Shown here in pieces: positions 1 to 13,404 of a DNA stretch of 52,837 nt (its first letter is position 1; each line of letters begins with the position of its first letter). Origin of the DNA: Octopus bimaculoides (Eukaryota); contig NC_068984.1 of NCBI RefSeq assembly GCF_001194135.2, positions 70,515,713-70,568,549 of the forward strand, read 5' to 3'. Below the pieces are notes generated by a model. The model worked only from the letters and a program-made list of their open reading frames with translations. It was not told the DNA's origin and did not search any database. The translations under genes and the position numbers were made by a program.

Positions 1-69
1 AAAAAGAAAAAGCTCTACATTGTATTTGTCCCATCTTCGTTGAGCCCTGTGTGGCTAATAACAGAAATG

Positions 70-115
<46 letters not shown>

Positions 116-462
116 AATATATATATATATATATATATTTAATATGTGACATTAATAAAAGTCTGTAAATGTACAAACATCCAGATTTCTGAGTACCTTA
201 ATTTTTTCTATATATATATATATATGTGAGTGTGTGTGTGTAATATATTTATATATATTTATATATACATATTGTTATTATTGTTGCATACATATATACA
301 TGTATACACATGTATGTACACACACACACAAACATACGTATGTAAAATTCTATTGTATAACAACCCTTCAGCTATCAGCTTTTTATTTAGTAGTCAGTGC
401 ATAAGAGATTTATATATTTATATATAAATATACATTAATGTATTAAACTATCTGTGGCACAG

Positions 463-500
463 GATTAGATTGAAAGATGCTGAAATGAAAACTGATGTCT
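463..500 (+). CDS. Possible small coding exon (IRLKDAEMKTDV), unlinked to other exons
   Basis: ggcacag|G...GTCT|gtaagt splice sites with one protein-like open frame; no homology recognised. Confidence 0.2.
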
Positions 501-1704
501 GTAAGTTCACAGACTTGCTAGTTCAATAAGAGAAAAAGAAATAAAAGAGAAAGAAAATAACCAAGAATTTCATTGAGGTAAATATATAAAGAATCAATTA
601 CAAATCCTTTTCATGAGAGTTAATATTTAATTCAACAAATTTTTACATTTATTTCATGTATATTTTATGTGTATATATGTGTGTTTGTGTTTTATTGTGT
701 TTTCACTATATTTAATTTGTTTCTTACTTTTTTTTTCTTTGTTTCCTTTCTGGTTGTCTAGCAAAGGTCATAGAGACTATTATTGCTTGCTACATCAGCA
801 CTTCACCACAAAGAATAGTAATCAGATTCAAAGAAACAGAGATTAGCTGCAGGGAACAGCAGGTGTTGCAGAATGTCTAAGTAGCAATATAGAAACAGAC
901 TCAGTTAAAGTTCTAGTAGGAAATGCTGTAATTTTGTAGCCACAAAAAAGGAAGCAATATACCAATGATTGGTCTGACCTGTAATATCTATGACTTAGAT
1001 AAATATATAAACTGAAATTTTATTGAATATTGCAGTAGAACCAATGAAACATCACAAAGTCAAAAATAACACAGTGACAAAAGGGAAAAGAAAAATGGAA
1101 AATAAAGGCCCTGAAGAATTCTTTAAATTTCAAAGATAAACAGGTGATGGGATAAAGGAAGAAAATCAAATTACATAATATTTTACCTGTTTCCCACGTA
1201 AGATACAATACGCTTTTTTCACCTTTACAACTTCATACCCCGAAGGCTTTAAACTTTGTGCATGTTTTTTTATGAGTTTCAAGAACTTCTTTCAGAAAAG
1301 CCATTCTCTTGAGCAAATAGATATTTATAAACATTTATATACTGACAAAAGTGCACAATGCCATACAAATATACATTTTCATGAATACAAACAGGCATTT
1401 ACATTTATAATCTTATATTTGCATAGTTTTCTATATCAATACATGCCTATGAAAATGTGTGTACACATCCGTGTATATTTACATAAATGTGCATATGCAT
1501 ACTTAAACTTAAGATATACAAACTTAGATACATAGATATATGTGTGTATATATTTATATGTATGTATAAATGTACACACACACACATATACACTCACATA
1601 CATACATGTACACACATGTGCGTGTGTATGTGTATATATATATATATATATAAATATATATGCACACACGTGTATATATTCACACATGTATATATATATA
1701 TATA

Positions 1705-2527
1705 NNNNNNNNNNNNNNNNNNNNNNNNNNNNNNNNNNNNNNNNNNNNNNNNNNNNNNNNNNNNNNNNNNNNNNNNNNNNNNNNNNNNNNNNNNNNNNNN
1801 NNNNNNNNNNNNNNNNNNNNNNNNNNNNNNNNNNNNNNNNNNNNNNNNNNNNNNNNNNNNNNNNNNNNNNNNNNNNNNNNNNNNNNNNNNNNNNNNNNNN
1901 NNNNNNNNNNNNNNNNNNNNNNNNNNNNNNNNNNNNNNNNNNNNNNNNNNNNNNNNNNNNNNNNNNNNNNNNNNNNNNNNNNNNNNNNNNNNNNNNNNNN
2001 NNNNNNNNNNNNNNNNNNNNNNNNNNNNNNNNNNNNNNNNNNNNNNNNNNNNNNNNNNNNNNNNNNNNNNNNNNNNNNNNNNNNNNNNNNNNNNNNNNNN
2101 NNNNNNNNNNNNNNNNNNNNNNNNNNNNNNNNNNNNNNNNNNNNNNNNNNNNNNNNNNNNNNNNNNNNNNNNNNNNNNNNNNNNNNNNNNNNNNNNNNNN
2201 NNNNNNNNNNNNNNNNNNNNNNNNNNNNNNNNNNNNNNNNNNNNNNNNNNNNNNNNNNNNNNNNNNNNNNNNNNNNNNNNNNNNNNNNNNNNNNNNNNNN
2301 NNNNNNNNNNNNNNNNNNNNNNNNNNNNNNNNNNNNNNNNNNNNNNNNNNNNNNNNNNNNNNNNNNNNNNNNNNNNNNNNNNNNNNNNNNNNNNNNNNNN
2401 NNNNNNNNNNNNNNNNNNNNNNNNNNNNNNNNNNNNNNNNNNNNNNNNNNNNNNNNNNNNNNNNNNNNNNNNNNNNNNNNNNNNNNNNNNNNNNNNNNNN
2501 NNNNNNNNNNNNNNNNNNNNNNNNNNN
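1705..2527. other. Assembly gap flanked by (TA)n
   Basis: Run of N. Confidence 0.99.
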
Positions 2528-5456
2528 TATATACATTTGAGTCCAGCACCATTGTATGTCTGGTACTTATTTTACTATTTCTTGAAAGGATGGAAGTAAT
2601 TTTTTTTTCCCAGTTAGCAGTGAACTTAAAACAGAGATAGCTAAATATCACAAAATATTTTTGTCTGCCTCTCTATTGAATTTGTCAATTTACCACTACC
2701 AATAATAATTTCCACTATAGACACATAAGTGCAAACTTGTAAGAGAAGAGTGAAATTGGCACCAGTACTTGCCTGGTTCTTTAATTTATAGACCCAAAGG
2801 ATATGTTGACTTTGATGGGGTTTGATCACTGTATGCAAAGAGCCAGAATGAATACTGCTCAGTGTTTTATCCACAGCTCCAGTAACTCTAGGAGTTAAGC
2901 TGATTTTACATACACTTTGCCATCTAGTTTAATGGTAGTTAAGCTGTTCTATATGTATGGACACAGTGTTACAGTTCCTAAATGAAAATGTTTTCTACTA
3001 TTAATATGAAATTTTACCTATCCTATAAAATGACAACATGAAGATTTTATGGGGTTTTAGAATGCAAACAAGCTATCTCTTTTTTTCTGTCAATTTGCAG
3101 TGGATGCAATATTTTTTAAAGCTAATAACATCTAGAAATTGTTGTTCCTCACAAGAATACTGCTTCTATTGGAATTTAAACTATCATTAACACTTAGAGA
3201 ACAAGCCATTGTTATAAAACCTGTTTATGAAGAAGCTTGAGAAAGACCATTATCAATAAATGAAATCAACTCCAGTAATTAACTGGTATTCTATTTTATT
3301 AACTGTCCTACCCCACAAGGAGAGAAAGAGAAGTTATTCTTGATGTGATTTGAACTAGATACTAAAGGCATGTTATCAGATGTTCTAACGATCAAAACAA
3401 TCAATCATCAGCAGGATTTGAACAAAGAACATAATTGCACAAAACTTTATGAAATGTCTTCTGGCATTAAAAATGGTGTTCTGCCAATTCAAAAATGTAA
3501 GGTCTAGTCACCATTTGTGAAGAAGTAAATTATAAATAAATAAAATGATGCATCAAACAGAAACTAGAGAAAAACAACTAAATTGAAACAGCTATGAGCA
3601 AATATTTGATTGATAATTCTATTTTAACACACAGGCTTTGCAGCACTACAAATAATATTTACTAGACAGAACATAATAAAACAAATCCAAGTATCATAAT
3701 TAGGGGCATAGTTTAACTTTGAATTCTAACTGATTGTAAGGAAGGTTAGTAATTTTGTTAGATTATACTACCTAGCTACACATATACTTTGTCTTGCTAA
3801 ATAATTGGAATAAACTGGAGATGCAATTAAGTCCATCATACAAGTATTGAAGAAGATATAAGTGAATTTTTAGCTAAGCATTAGAGTTGTTTAGTGTTGA
3901 TGGACATATTTTTTTATTCATATGCGTAAAACTTTTGAAAAAGATTATTATGAACGTTATCCTGTCTAATTTTTATATGATACTGATATAAATGTTCACC
4001 AGCAGTTGTTCAGTCTTCATGGAATAGTAGATGAATCTTTACCAAACTCCATCTTTCTAAAAGAAAGGATATATTGGATAATATCGATGTTTAATAGCAT
4101 ATACTATTTGAGCCCAGGAAAAAATGCCTTGTATTTGTTTCAGCTTTGTGTTCTGAGTTAAAATCTCACTGAGTTCAAATTTGTATTTCATCTTCTCAGG
4201 AACAACAAAATAAAATAACTTCCATCTTCTAGTCTTAGAAGTCCTATAAAACTGAATGTGCTATGTGTACTGTCCTTCTTTGTGTTCTGAGATGTTTCTT
4301 ATAAATCTGCTCAGGACTTATTTGGATTAATTAATAACAACATATACACATTAGATAGTGACCCCATAATGTGTGCAATGAATTATATATGTAAGTTTAA
4401 TATTGCTAGGGCATATCCATGGTATTCCATGACTATACTGATTTTTCGCATATCCAGGAATACATTATCAAATTTGTCCTTCCTTCATAATGATATACTT
4501 TAAGGCTGGTTCACTTAATCCTGCTATGGCCTATTTGGGTGGTAGTTAATTAATAATATTGGTAGAACAGGCAGAAATGTTAAACTGGATGACCATCACC
4601 ACTTGTCCCTTGAATATCATTAATGGAATACACTTTTTTTGCAAGCAAAATCAAGGTCACTGGTCTGGAGATAATTTTGTCACATCAATCTCAAAAAACC
4701 TCAAAAGTGATCATCATAATCACTGCACATTCCTCCTCTAGTCAAACCATTTTACAAATTGAAATTGAGGGCTTCTATTTTTAGCAAGTAAAGCAATGCC
4801 ATAGAACTCCTTCAGTGCGTATTTGTGAAGTACGCATGTGTTGTAGGTTAAGCTAAATGAGAAAGGAAAGGGGAAGGAGAGAACAAGAAAATGGGATTAC
4901 ATTTTGAATTGATTTTACACTGTGTAAAATGGCTAGATCACTTGATCAACAAATACTGTAAGAAAACAATGTTATTTTATTTGTTTGTTACTGTTGTTTC
5001 TACACTGCTTCACGACTGTAATTTCTTTCTGATGGCAGCTATATATTAAAGAATTTTAATTTTACATTTTGTTATTATCTTTCATTTTGCTTGATTTTTC
5101 TGTTTATCATAGCTATATGCGTAGGTTACCTGCTAAACATTTATCAATCCATGATATGAATTGGTATAAACAAGATAGTTTAAAGTTCTGAAGAATGTTA
5201 TTTGATATCAGAATTCTGGAATATAGCATATCGTTGCTATGGCCCTTCTACAAGTGAGAAACTGAGGGCAAAAACTGAAGATGAGAGATAGATTTAGTAG
5301 ATAGGAGAATTACTTAACACAAGGGTTGATGCATTTGGATGAAAACCAAGGATGTGTAATTACTGAAAGAGAAGGGTTATGAAGTTGGACAGGAAATTAT
5401 CTATTCTCTTCTCAAACATCCACAAACAACCATGAAGTGACAGTTACAATGATATA

Positions 5457-5671
5457 TGAGGGGTTGCTGGAAAGTTCCTGGCTTTAAGAGTATCACAAAA
5501 GAACTGGTTAGAGACCCAACCTTCTGAGTTCTTTAACAGGGCTTAGAAAAACTGAAGGACTGCTGCCATAAGTGTGTGAATCTGAGAAAGGAATATGTTG
5601 AATAAAATTACAATTAACTGATTCTGGGGTATTTTATTTTACCCAAAGCCAGGAGCTTTTCAGCACCTCCA
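5457..5671 (+). mobile_element. Mariner-type MITE, internally deleted
   Basis: TA then TGAGGGGTTGCTGGAAAGTTCCTGGCTTT, with inverted AAAGCCAGGAGCTTTTCAGCACCTCCA at the other end; interior encodes a transposase C-terminus-like GLEKLKDCCHKCVNLRKEYVE*. Confidence 0.75.
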
Positions 5672-5894
5672 TGTAATTATAGAGAAGGAAGAAAATAGTC
5701 TACAATATAGTAGGAACATAAGCAAAGCACCAGAAAGCAAGGTGATTGTGGGAACATATGGAAATACCTAATTACATATACACTTACCAATTATTTTTCT
5801 TGAACCTTTGATTCCAAACCCAGTCTGGATAACCACTTTCTGTGAACCAAGGGTAGTGACATTCTAAATTAAACAAATACTAAATTTACTTAAC

Positions 5895-6300
5895 TGCAGG
5901 TGTGGCTGTGTAGTTAGAAGTTTGCTTCCAAACCACATGATTTCAGGTTCAGTCTCAGTGTGTGACGCCTTGGGCAAGTGTCTTCTACTATAGCCTCGGG
6001 CTGATCAAACCCTTGAGAGTGGATTTGGTTGACAGAAACTGAAAGAAACCCATTGTGCACGAGTGTGTGTGTGTGTGTCTTTGTTCCTGTGTTTGTCCCC
6101 CACCACTGCTTGAAAACCAGTGTCGGTGAGTTTACATCCCTGTAAATTAATAGTTCAGCAAAGGAGTCCGATAGAATAAGTACCTGGCTTAGCAAAAGAT
6201 TTAAGTGCTGGGTCGATTCATTTGACTAAAAATCCTTTTAGGTAGTGCTCCAGTATGGTTGTAGTCTTATGACTGAAACGAGTAAAAAATAAAAGATGAA
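5895..6300 (+). mobile_element. tRNA-derived SINE, family A (octopus-type)
   Basis: GTGGCTGTGTAGTTAG / GGTTCAGTC head, GGGCAAGTGTCTTCTACTATAGCC core, internal (GT)n, tail ending GACTGAAAC-AGTAAAA; homologous copies at 9875, 43000, 43388 and on the minus strand. Confidence 0.85.
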
Positions 6301-6488
6301 AGATAAATTAAATAAAAGACAGGTGTTGATAATAACTATTTTACTAGCTGAAAATCATTTTGTCACATTATACGTATGTGTGTATGAATGTTTTTATGTT
6401 CAATTCATATTTACAAGAATAGTATTGACAGTGACTTCGAACTTTCGGCTTGCTAAGCCATTATCGGACTATATATATNNNNNNNNNN

Positions 6489-6528
<40 letters not shown>

Positions 6529-9434
6529 TAAATTAAAATCAATAGATCAGTTGCCTAAAACATTACATGCATGCTCATAAAATGTATTTGAATGATATCT
6601 TAATGTCTCCATTGGTGATTTCTGTCTGTCTGCTTGTCTGTCCGTCTGTCAGTCTACCTATCTATCAATCTATCTATCTATCACTTTATCTATCTAAAAT
6701 AAAACCTACATTATATTATAATTTTTAACATAGGCTTTCAGGCAGTATACACATATTAAATCTGCACATGAATTAACACAAGTTTTCAATGTATTTTTTA
6801 TAGTAATTTGCGTTTTTTGTATATTGCATTTCCTTAACAATACTCTTATCACTTTCTTTTTTAGCAATGAAGGACATTCAAGAATTGTCAATTCAAGTCA
6901 TATTTTTCATAAAGATCCTACAGTGACGAACATTTTTTTTTTCCTAAGATTATATTGAATACTTGAATATTCACTCATAATGACTGAAAACACAGAGTAA
7001 ATTTATGTCATTGTTACAAATATCCTATATTATATTTTTAAAATGCTCTAGGGCAAGTTACATTACTACTAGGTCTCAATCTATTCAGAGCCCAAACTAA
7101 TACAATAGCTAACAACAACAACAACAACAACAACTACAGCAGCAGCAGCAGCAACAACAAAAGCAACAATAACACAAACAAGAAAATAAAACAGTTATAT
7201 TATTGTCAATGAGTATGAAGCTATTCTGTTTTTGATGCATACAATTCCCAATAAATTGCAAACTGGTTTTAGAATGTACTTTGTATTTAGATATTATCTT
7301 GATACAAGCATCAGCAGTATATATTATTTTGAGGATCTGGTATAATAGAGCAAATAGACAGAAAAAGAAAAAAGAGAAAATGTGAAAACACTGTCTGATT
7401 TTAAGTAGTTGTCTTTCACTAAAGTGGATATTTCCATTTTTAAAAATATGCTACATGTTCAATGAAAACCCCATCTCGTTATAAATCATCTTTATTTATG
7501 TCACTAAATTATATAGAAGCATTGAATACCATGAATAATTTATCCATTCCATCCATGATTACCATTCTATTATATTATATTATGTTACAAATTTACAGCC
7601 AAGTCACACACAAAGTTACTTCTCAGTTATGATAGTTTTTTTTGTTTCCTTTTGTTTTCTTTTTATTTGCAAGCACTCATATACATAGATTGACCGCAAC
7701 ATTTCAAACATTAAATATTCCTGTGTTATTTGCTATTTTTTTTTTCTATTTTATCTTCCAGATAACATGCTGTGATAATTTACTCTCCATTTCTGGTACC
7801 AATTTCTTATAGAACTTACAAAACGTGCCAAAATATTCTTGTCAAAACTATTAGAGATTAGAATAGATATTGAAAGTTACATAACTTGGCAAAACTGAGA
7901 AAAAAAGAAACAGAATTTATGCCTAATTAATATTTAGTTCTAACGTAAATATTTCTTATGTTGTTTTATGTATAGATTTTAAAAACTTTTCAGTTAATAA
8001 ATATTTAAATAATTTGTTAAAAAATTGTTGCTGTCTGAAGCAAAAACGAAATATTAATAAGGAATAAGTTTTAGATGGTTGTAGCTTTGATGAGAAAAAA
8101 ACTGAACAAAATTATAGGATTCATTGAAAGCATTTTTTCCAGTAGACATCTGCTTCAACACTTGATAGTACATGACCGAGTATGATAAGGAATACTTATT
8201 TGAGAGTGTCGCAGCATTGTGGGGCTTTAACCGAAAGTAATTGGAGTGTACTAAGACTTATGTAAAGAGTGTCTGGCTGTACAAATACAACCTCAGATAT
8301 GCACCCATCCAACCTACACCAGTATAAAAAAAGTGGACATAAAATAAACACACAAATGATTGAAGAGCTCCAGTGATCAATAAATCAATATATTTTGAAC
8401 TTCACAGATAGTTTATTAATTTGAGCAAGATCAAATTTAGCAGGATACACGTCTGATTGAATAAACTACATCATAAACAAGTTTTTTTTTTTAATAAATA
8501 TATGATGAAATAAATTTCCATTGATGATATGACAGTTACTTCAATATATAAAGGTGATACTGTAAAGTATATGTCAAACTTTGACCTGTTGGTAACCCAA
8601 AGATAAAATACAATTTTAGCAATAAGAAAAACAATTTTGTGTTAAGGTTTATAAAATGTTTTGCAGCTCCATGTCCCACATGGGCCTGAGACTAAAACTA
8701 TAAGACATCATTTGTATTCAACTTGTGTATAGAAGTGACAAAATAAAATTTGTTTCAACATCAATAAACTTTGGATAATTTTTTTTTTAATTCTCTGTAG
8801 GATCCACAATACTATAAGCATTCAAATATGTCTAAAGTCTTATAAAGACAAAAAACACACAGATTTACACTTGATTTACTAACAATCGCTCATGCATAAA
8901 CATGTTATAAGATTATAATTTTTTGAACTATCAACTAAAAGAGAAAAATGTTTTAATATCTCAGACATTTAGACATTTAATCAGGTTAGTTTATAATATT
9001 ATAAAAAAAAAAAAAATGCGATGCTAAAACTTTATATAAAGATATTAAAAATCAATGTTATGAAACAGATGTAGCTTTCATATGAAAATCCCACACTGAG
9101 ATTTAGAAATTTAATTTCCTATCGAATTTCAACTATCCCTTTAAATATTTTATAACCATATTCCTGGTGAGGTACACTGCTTACGTGTTTATGTTTATTC
9201 TCAAAATAATTAAGCACTTCAAAGGATTTAGTAAAATAAGTTTAGTGAATTGATATTTTGCAAGTGATGTAACAGTACTTTGTATCCAGAACCAGAGACA
9301 GTTTCAGGTGGGTTGACATAGAATGTAGACAAAGATTTATGTACTTGTATTTGTCTTTATGTATATGCGTGTGTGTGTGAATCTTTAGCTCTGTTTCTAA
9401 GTAAGGTAATATTTCACAATAACTGACATGTTTC

Positions 9435-9483
<49 letters not shown>

Positions 9484-9659
9484 GAATGTCAGTTATTAGG
9501 AAATATTACCTTCCTTAAAAACAGCTGAAGACTGGCAACATGAAGGGTGTCTGGCCATAGAAAATGCACATCAGCAAATTCTGTCCAACTCATGCCAGCA
9601 TTGGCAAGTGGATGTCAAAACCAGGATGATGAGGATGAAGATGATGATGACAACGATGT

Positions 9660-9703
<44 letters not shown>

Positions 9704-9833
9704 GAATCAAAGCAGTTTGATTCAAATTCCTTGAAACTCAGAGTACTAAGTTATTTGAATCAATCTGTTTTGATCCAGAAATGTAACTCCCAGTAAATGT
9801 GTTGAGTACCCTTTCATTTGTCTACTTGCTTGT

Positions 9834-9874
<41 letters not shown>

Positions 9875-9876
<2 letters not shown>

Positions 9877-10251
9877 TGCAGGTGTGGCTGTGTGGTATGA
9901 AGCTTGTATCCAAACCACATGGTTCCAGGTTCAGTCCACTGCATGGTACCTTGGATAAGTGACTTCTACTATAGCCTTGGGCCGACCAAAGCCTTATGAG
10001 TGGATTTGGTAGATGGAAACTGAAAGAAGTCCATCGTATATATATGTGTTTATGTGTGCATGTGTCTGTGTTTGTCCCCCACCATCACTTGACAGCCGAT
10101 GTTGCTGTGTTTACATCCCCATAACTTAGTGCTCCAGCAAAAGAGACAGATAGAATAAGTACTAGGCATACAAAGAATATGTCTTGGGGTTGATTTCTTT
10201 GACTAAAAGTGGTGCTCCAGAATAGCTGCAATCAAATGACTGAAACAAGTA
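9875..10251 (+). mobile_element. tRNA-derived SINE, family A
   Basis: Full-length homologue of 5895-6300, directly after (TA)n. Confidence 0.85.
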
Positions 10252-10344
10252 TATAAATATTTGTATATATATATATATCTGTGCATGTATGTACATGTGT
10301 CTTAGAGTATGTTCTGTCTATTGATGCGAATATTTAACAATCTG

Positions 10345-10391
<47 letters not shown>

Positions 10392-10419
10392 TATCTATAT
10401 ATAACTGTTATATTCTTCT

Positions 10420-10785
10420 TTCTATTTCTTTTTCGTCTTCTTCATTAAGTTATTGGTCTAAGGCTATGTTGGAGCACTGCTCTAAAGGATTTATTTGAAA
10501 TGATCAAACCCATCGTTTATTGTAAAAGTAACTTATATTGAGTCCAGGAGTCACTTTTACCAAGGTCCCATAATACAGAAACATAAACAACCACACACTG
10601 ATTGTGAAGTATTTACACAAAGATGCATGCACACACACTCATACACACAGATGTACACTTAAGGCGTTTGTACAGTTTCCATTAACTAAATTCTATCACA
10701 AGGCATTGGTTGGCCTTGCAATAAAACTGAACTAAAAGTCATGTGTTTGTAAAACAAATCTCTTAACTACACAGCCATGCCTGAG
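10420..10785 (-). mobile_element. Degraded SINE, family A
   Basis: Reverse-strand remnants of head, core and tail. Confidence 0.55.
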
Positions 10786-11121
10786 TCTCTATCAATAAAT
10801 ATATATTATTATATCTACTTCATCTCTGGAGCTGAATTAATCATAGTGTTGCATACTTTAATAATACAAATAGGTACAATAATAAAAAGCAACAATAAAG
10901 CAAAAATCAGAAACTATTATTAGTGGTGTCTTAACAGTGTTTTCTTTCATTGTTAAAGAATACATCAATAAATTTTTAACCAACACTGATGTAAACAATT
11001 CATTTGTATAGATGATATCATTGTTTTATATATACATATATACAAATTCATACGTGTGTGAGAAAGAGAGAGAGAGAGAGTGAGTGTGTTTGTGTGCATG
11101 TACATGTATGCGTGTATGTAT

Positions 11122-12130
11122 GTCATTATTCAGTTTTATTTCAAGACTTCTTGCCAATAGAGACAGAGTCAGTTTCTAATCTACATCCAAGGCTCCTTCA
11201 TTAGAATTTCCACATCAACAACAGGGTATTTTGTATGTATGTATGTATGTTTGTATGCAGATTTGAATGTTTTGTTTTATGTATGTTTTCTTATGCATAT
11301 AGTTGCATATCTAGAAATGACCTTGTATATTTAAATAATAAACTTTTAGAAAGTTTTACAGATTTTTACAGTTCTAGTGATAGATTCGATCTGTAGTTTT
11401 AGAATCAACTTTCTCCTTTCTGGTTTTGTGAAATTTAATTTCCCAAGGTTGGTATTTATGCAATGTGCTATATGCCCCAGTGTCCCAATAATTACAGGTA
11501 TAAACCTAAACTTGTAATCTGGATTGAGTAATTGCAAATTTCTCAATAGTTCAGTGTAGGTATTCTCTTTTCACTGATCTTCAGCTTTATGCTAACAGCC
11601 ACTGGACAGCTGATTTCCACAATTGTGCACAGTTTCTCTTCTCTATCCCAAATCATTATATCAGGTCTCTTGTGTTTACATTTTATTGAGATTTCCACTG
11701 GAACATTCTACCAGTATTCCTTTCTATTATGAGTGGATATGGCTTCTACCATATTGTGGGTTCTTATTTCTTTGTCCTTGGGTTTATCCTTTCAATGGAA
11801 CTTGTTATGCAGTATTCTGGTTACAGCATCATGTCTCATCGGTAGATAATAACCATGATGACGTTTTCAGACAACTCCTTATGATGTGGGTAATATCTTC
11901 GGTGTTAACTCCACAAAGTCTGCATCAGTTGTCACATTTTACTGCTTTTCCTCCATCTCTCTCCCTTTTCTGCATCAAGTATTTGGTTGATATTTCCTGT
12001 TCCTGACTTGCAAATGCATACCTTTCAAAGTGAGAGGTAGTAATCCAGTTGCTGGTCTATGATAGATTGCTTTGATGATCAATGTTACTATCATCTCAGA
12101 GCTTTCTACTAACATATCTATGCATGGCCT
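11122..12130 (-). pseudogene. 3' fragment of an RLE-type non-LTR retrotransposon (CCHC knuckle + restriction-like endonuclease)
   Basis: Minus strand reads YAFASQEQEISTKYLM...CRLCGVNTEDITHIIRSC...CTIVEISCPVAVSIKLKISEKENTY...KFRFIPVIIGTLG...VKICKTF*, with stops and frameshifts. Confidence 0.85.
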
Positions 12131-12178
12131 TCTATTCATATAAACTCAAACTTTCATCTGAGGATATGCTGGAGTAAA

Positions 12179-12324
12179 GTCATGTGACATCTCTGGGCAT
12201 TCAGGGGAGGGGGGGAGGTTAGTGTAGTGAGACAAAGAAGATCGATTTTGTTGCTGTGCCATAGTTCAGTGGTACTGTGGAAGATTCCAGCCAATCAGAG
12301 CTGGAAGCATATGAATAAGATGGC
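12179..12324 (+). promoter_or_regulatory. Promoter-like motif cluster
   Basis: GTCATGTGAC E-box-like 12179-12188, G-rich tract, AGCCAATCAG CCAAT box 12289-12298, AAGATGGC YY1-like 12317-12324. Confidence 0.25.
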
Positions 12325-12924
12325 AGTGATCTGTCTTCGCTGAAAGAACTCACTACAGCAGTGAAGCAGCAGTTTCAAACTAGTTGTGGATTTGATGGTA
12401 TAGAAACATCACTTTCTTCAACACGTCACATTTTCTGTGTTCACCACCAACTGCGCACAACTGACTTGGTTAATATCAACTTCAACCCAGCTTCACATAA
12501 CCCATCAATGTATATAGTAAGTCATGCAATTTTTCCTGTCTTGCATACACAAAAATTGTAATCATAGCCTTAAAATTGCAGCATAGTGATACAGATATAG
12601 TTTGCTTCTTGAAATTTGCATGACAAAAAGACAAAAGGAGCTGGAGGTTAATGTTACTGCTTTGGCAGGCTTCGATGTTTATTATAATATTTGGGTACTT
12701 GATAACATTACTTTCAAGTGTAGTCCTTGTAATCTAATGTTTTCAGTTGTATATTTTCGTGGTGAAGGTATATGTGCTGGGTAGTTGAAGATAAATAGAA
12801 TATATACTAGGTTGGTTATGACAAAGCCTTGTATTTGTAGAGTTTAGATATGTAGGGTAAATATACCAAAACAGTTAAGAAATTTAACAAATGTTCTAGT
12901 TAACCCAATATCCCATCAGAGTAA

Positions 12925-13380
12925 TTTGTGGTTTTGAAATTGTAGCCATGGCCAGTGCCGCCTAACTGGCTTTCATGCTGGTGGCACGTAAAATGTACTA
13001 TCTGAACGTGGTCGATGCCAGTGCTCCTTGACTGGCTACCATGCTGGTGGCATGTAAAATGCACTGTCTGAATGTGGTCGATGCCAGTGTCCCCTGACTG
13101 GCTCCTGTGCTGGTGGATTTTAGAATGCACCATCTGAACGTGGTTGATGCCAGTAACCCCTGACTGGCTCCTGTGCCAGTGGCATGTAAAAAGCACTCAC
13201 TACACTCTCAGAGTGGTTGGCATTAGGAAGGGCGTACAGCTGTAGAAACATTGCCAGATCAGAGTGAAGCCTGGTGCAGCCCACTGGCTTTCCAGACCTC
13301 AGGCAAACTGTCCAACCCATGCAAGTAAGGAAAGTGGATGTTAAACGATGATGATGAGGATGCTGCTGCTGATGATGATA
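12925..13380 (+). mobile_element. RTE LINE 3' UTR / RTE-tailed repeat with four 66-bp tandem units
   Basis: Units start at 12952, 13018, 13084 and 13150, followed by the same tail as 49250-49423 (GTGGTTGGCATTAGGAAGGG...GTTAAACGATGATG). Confidence 0.8.
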
Positions 13381-13404
13381 TGTATATATATATATATGTA
13401 TATA

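Noticed and set aside
1436-2651. Long ORFs of 250-370 aa here and at 24501-25477, 33841-34976 and 48275-49359
   Set aside because: They are open only because they cross N gaps and (TA)n/(CA)n tracts.
12952-13215. CRISPR-like regular repeats
   Set aside because: Contiguous 66-bp diverged units with no unique spacers, inside an RTE 3' UTR, with no cas genes.
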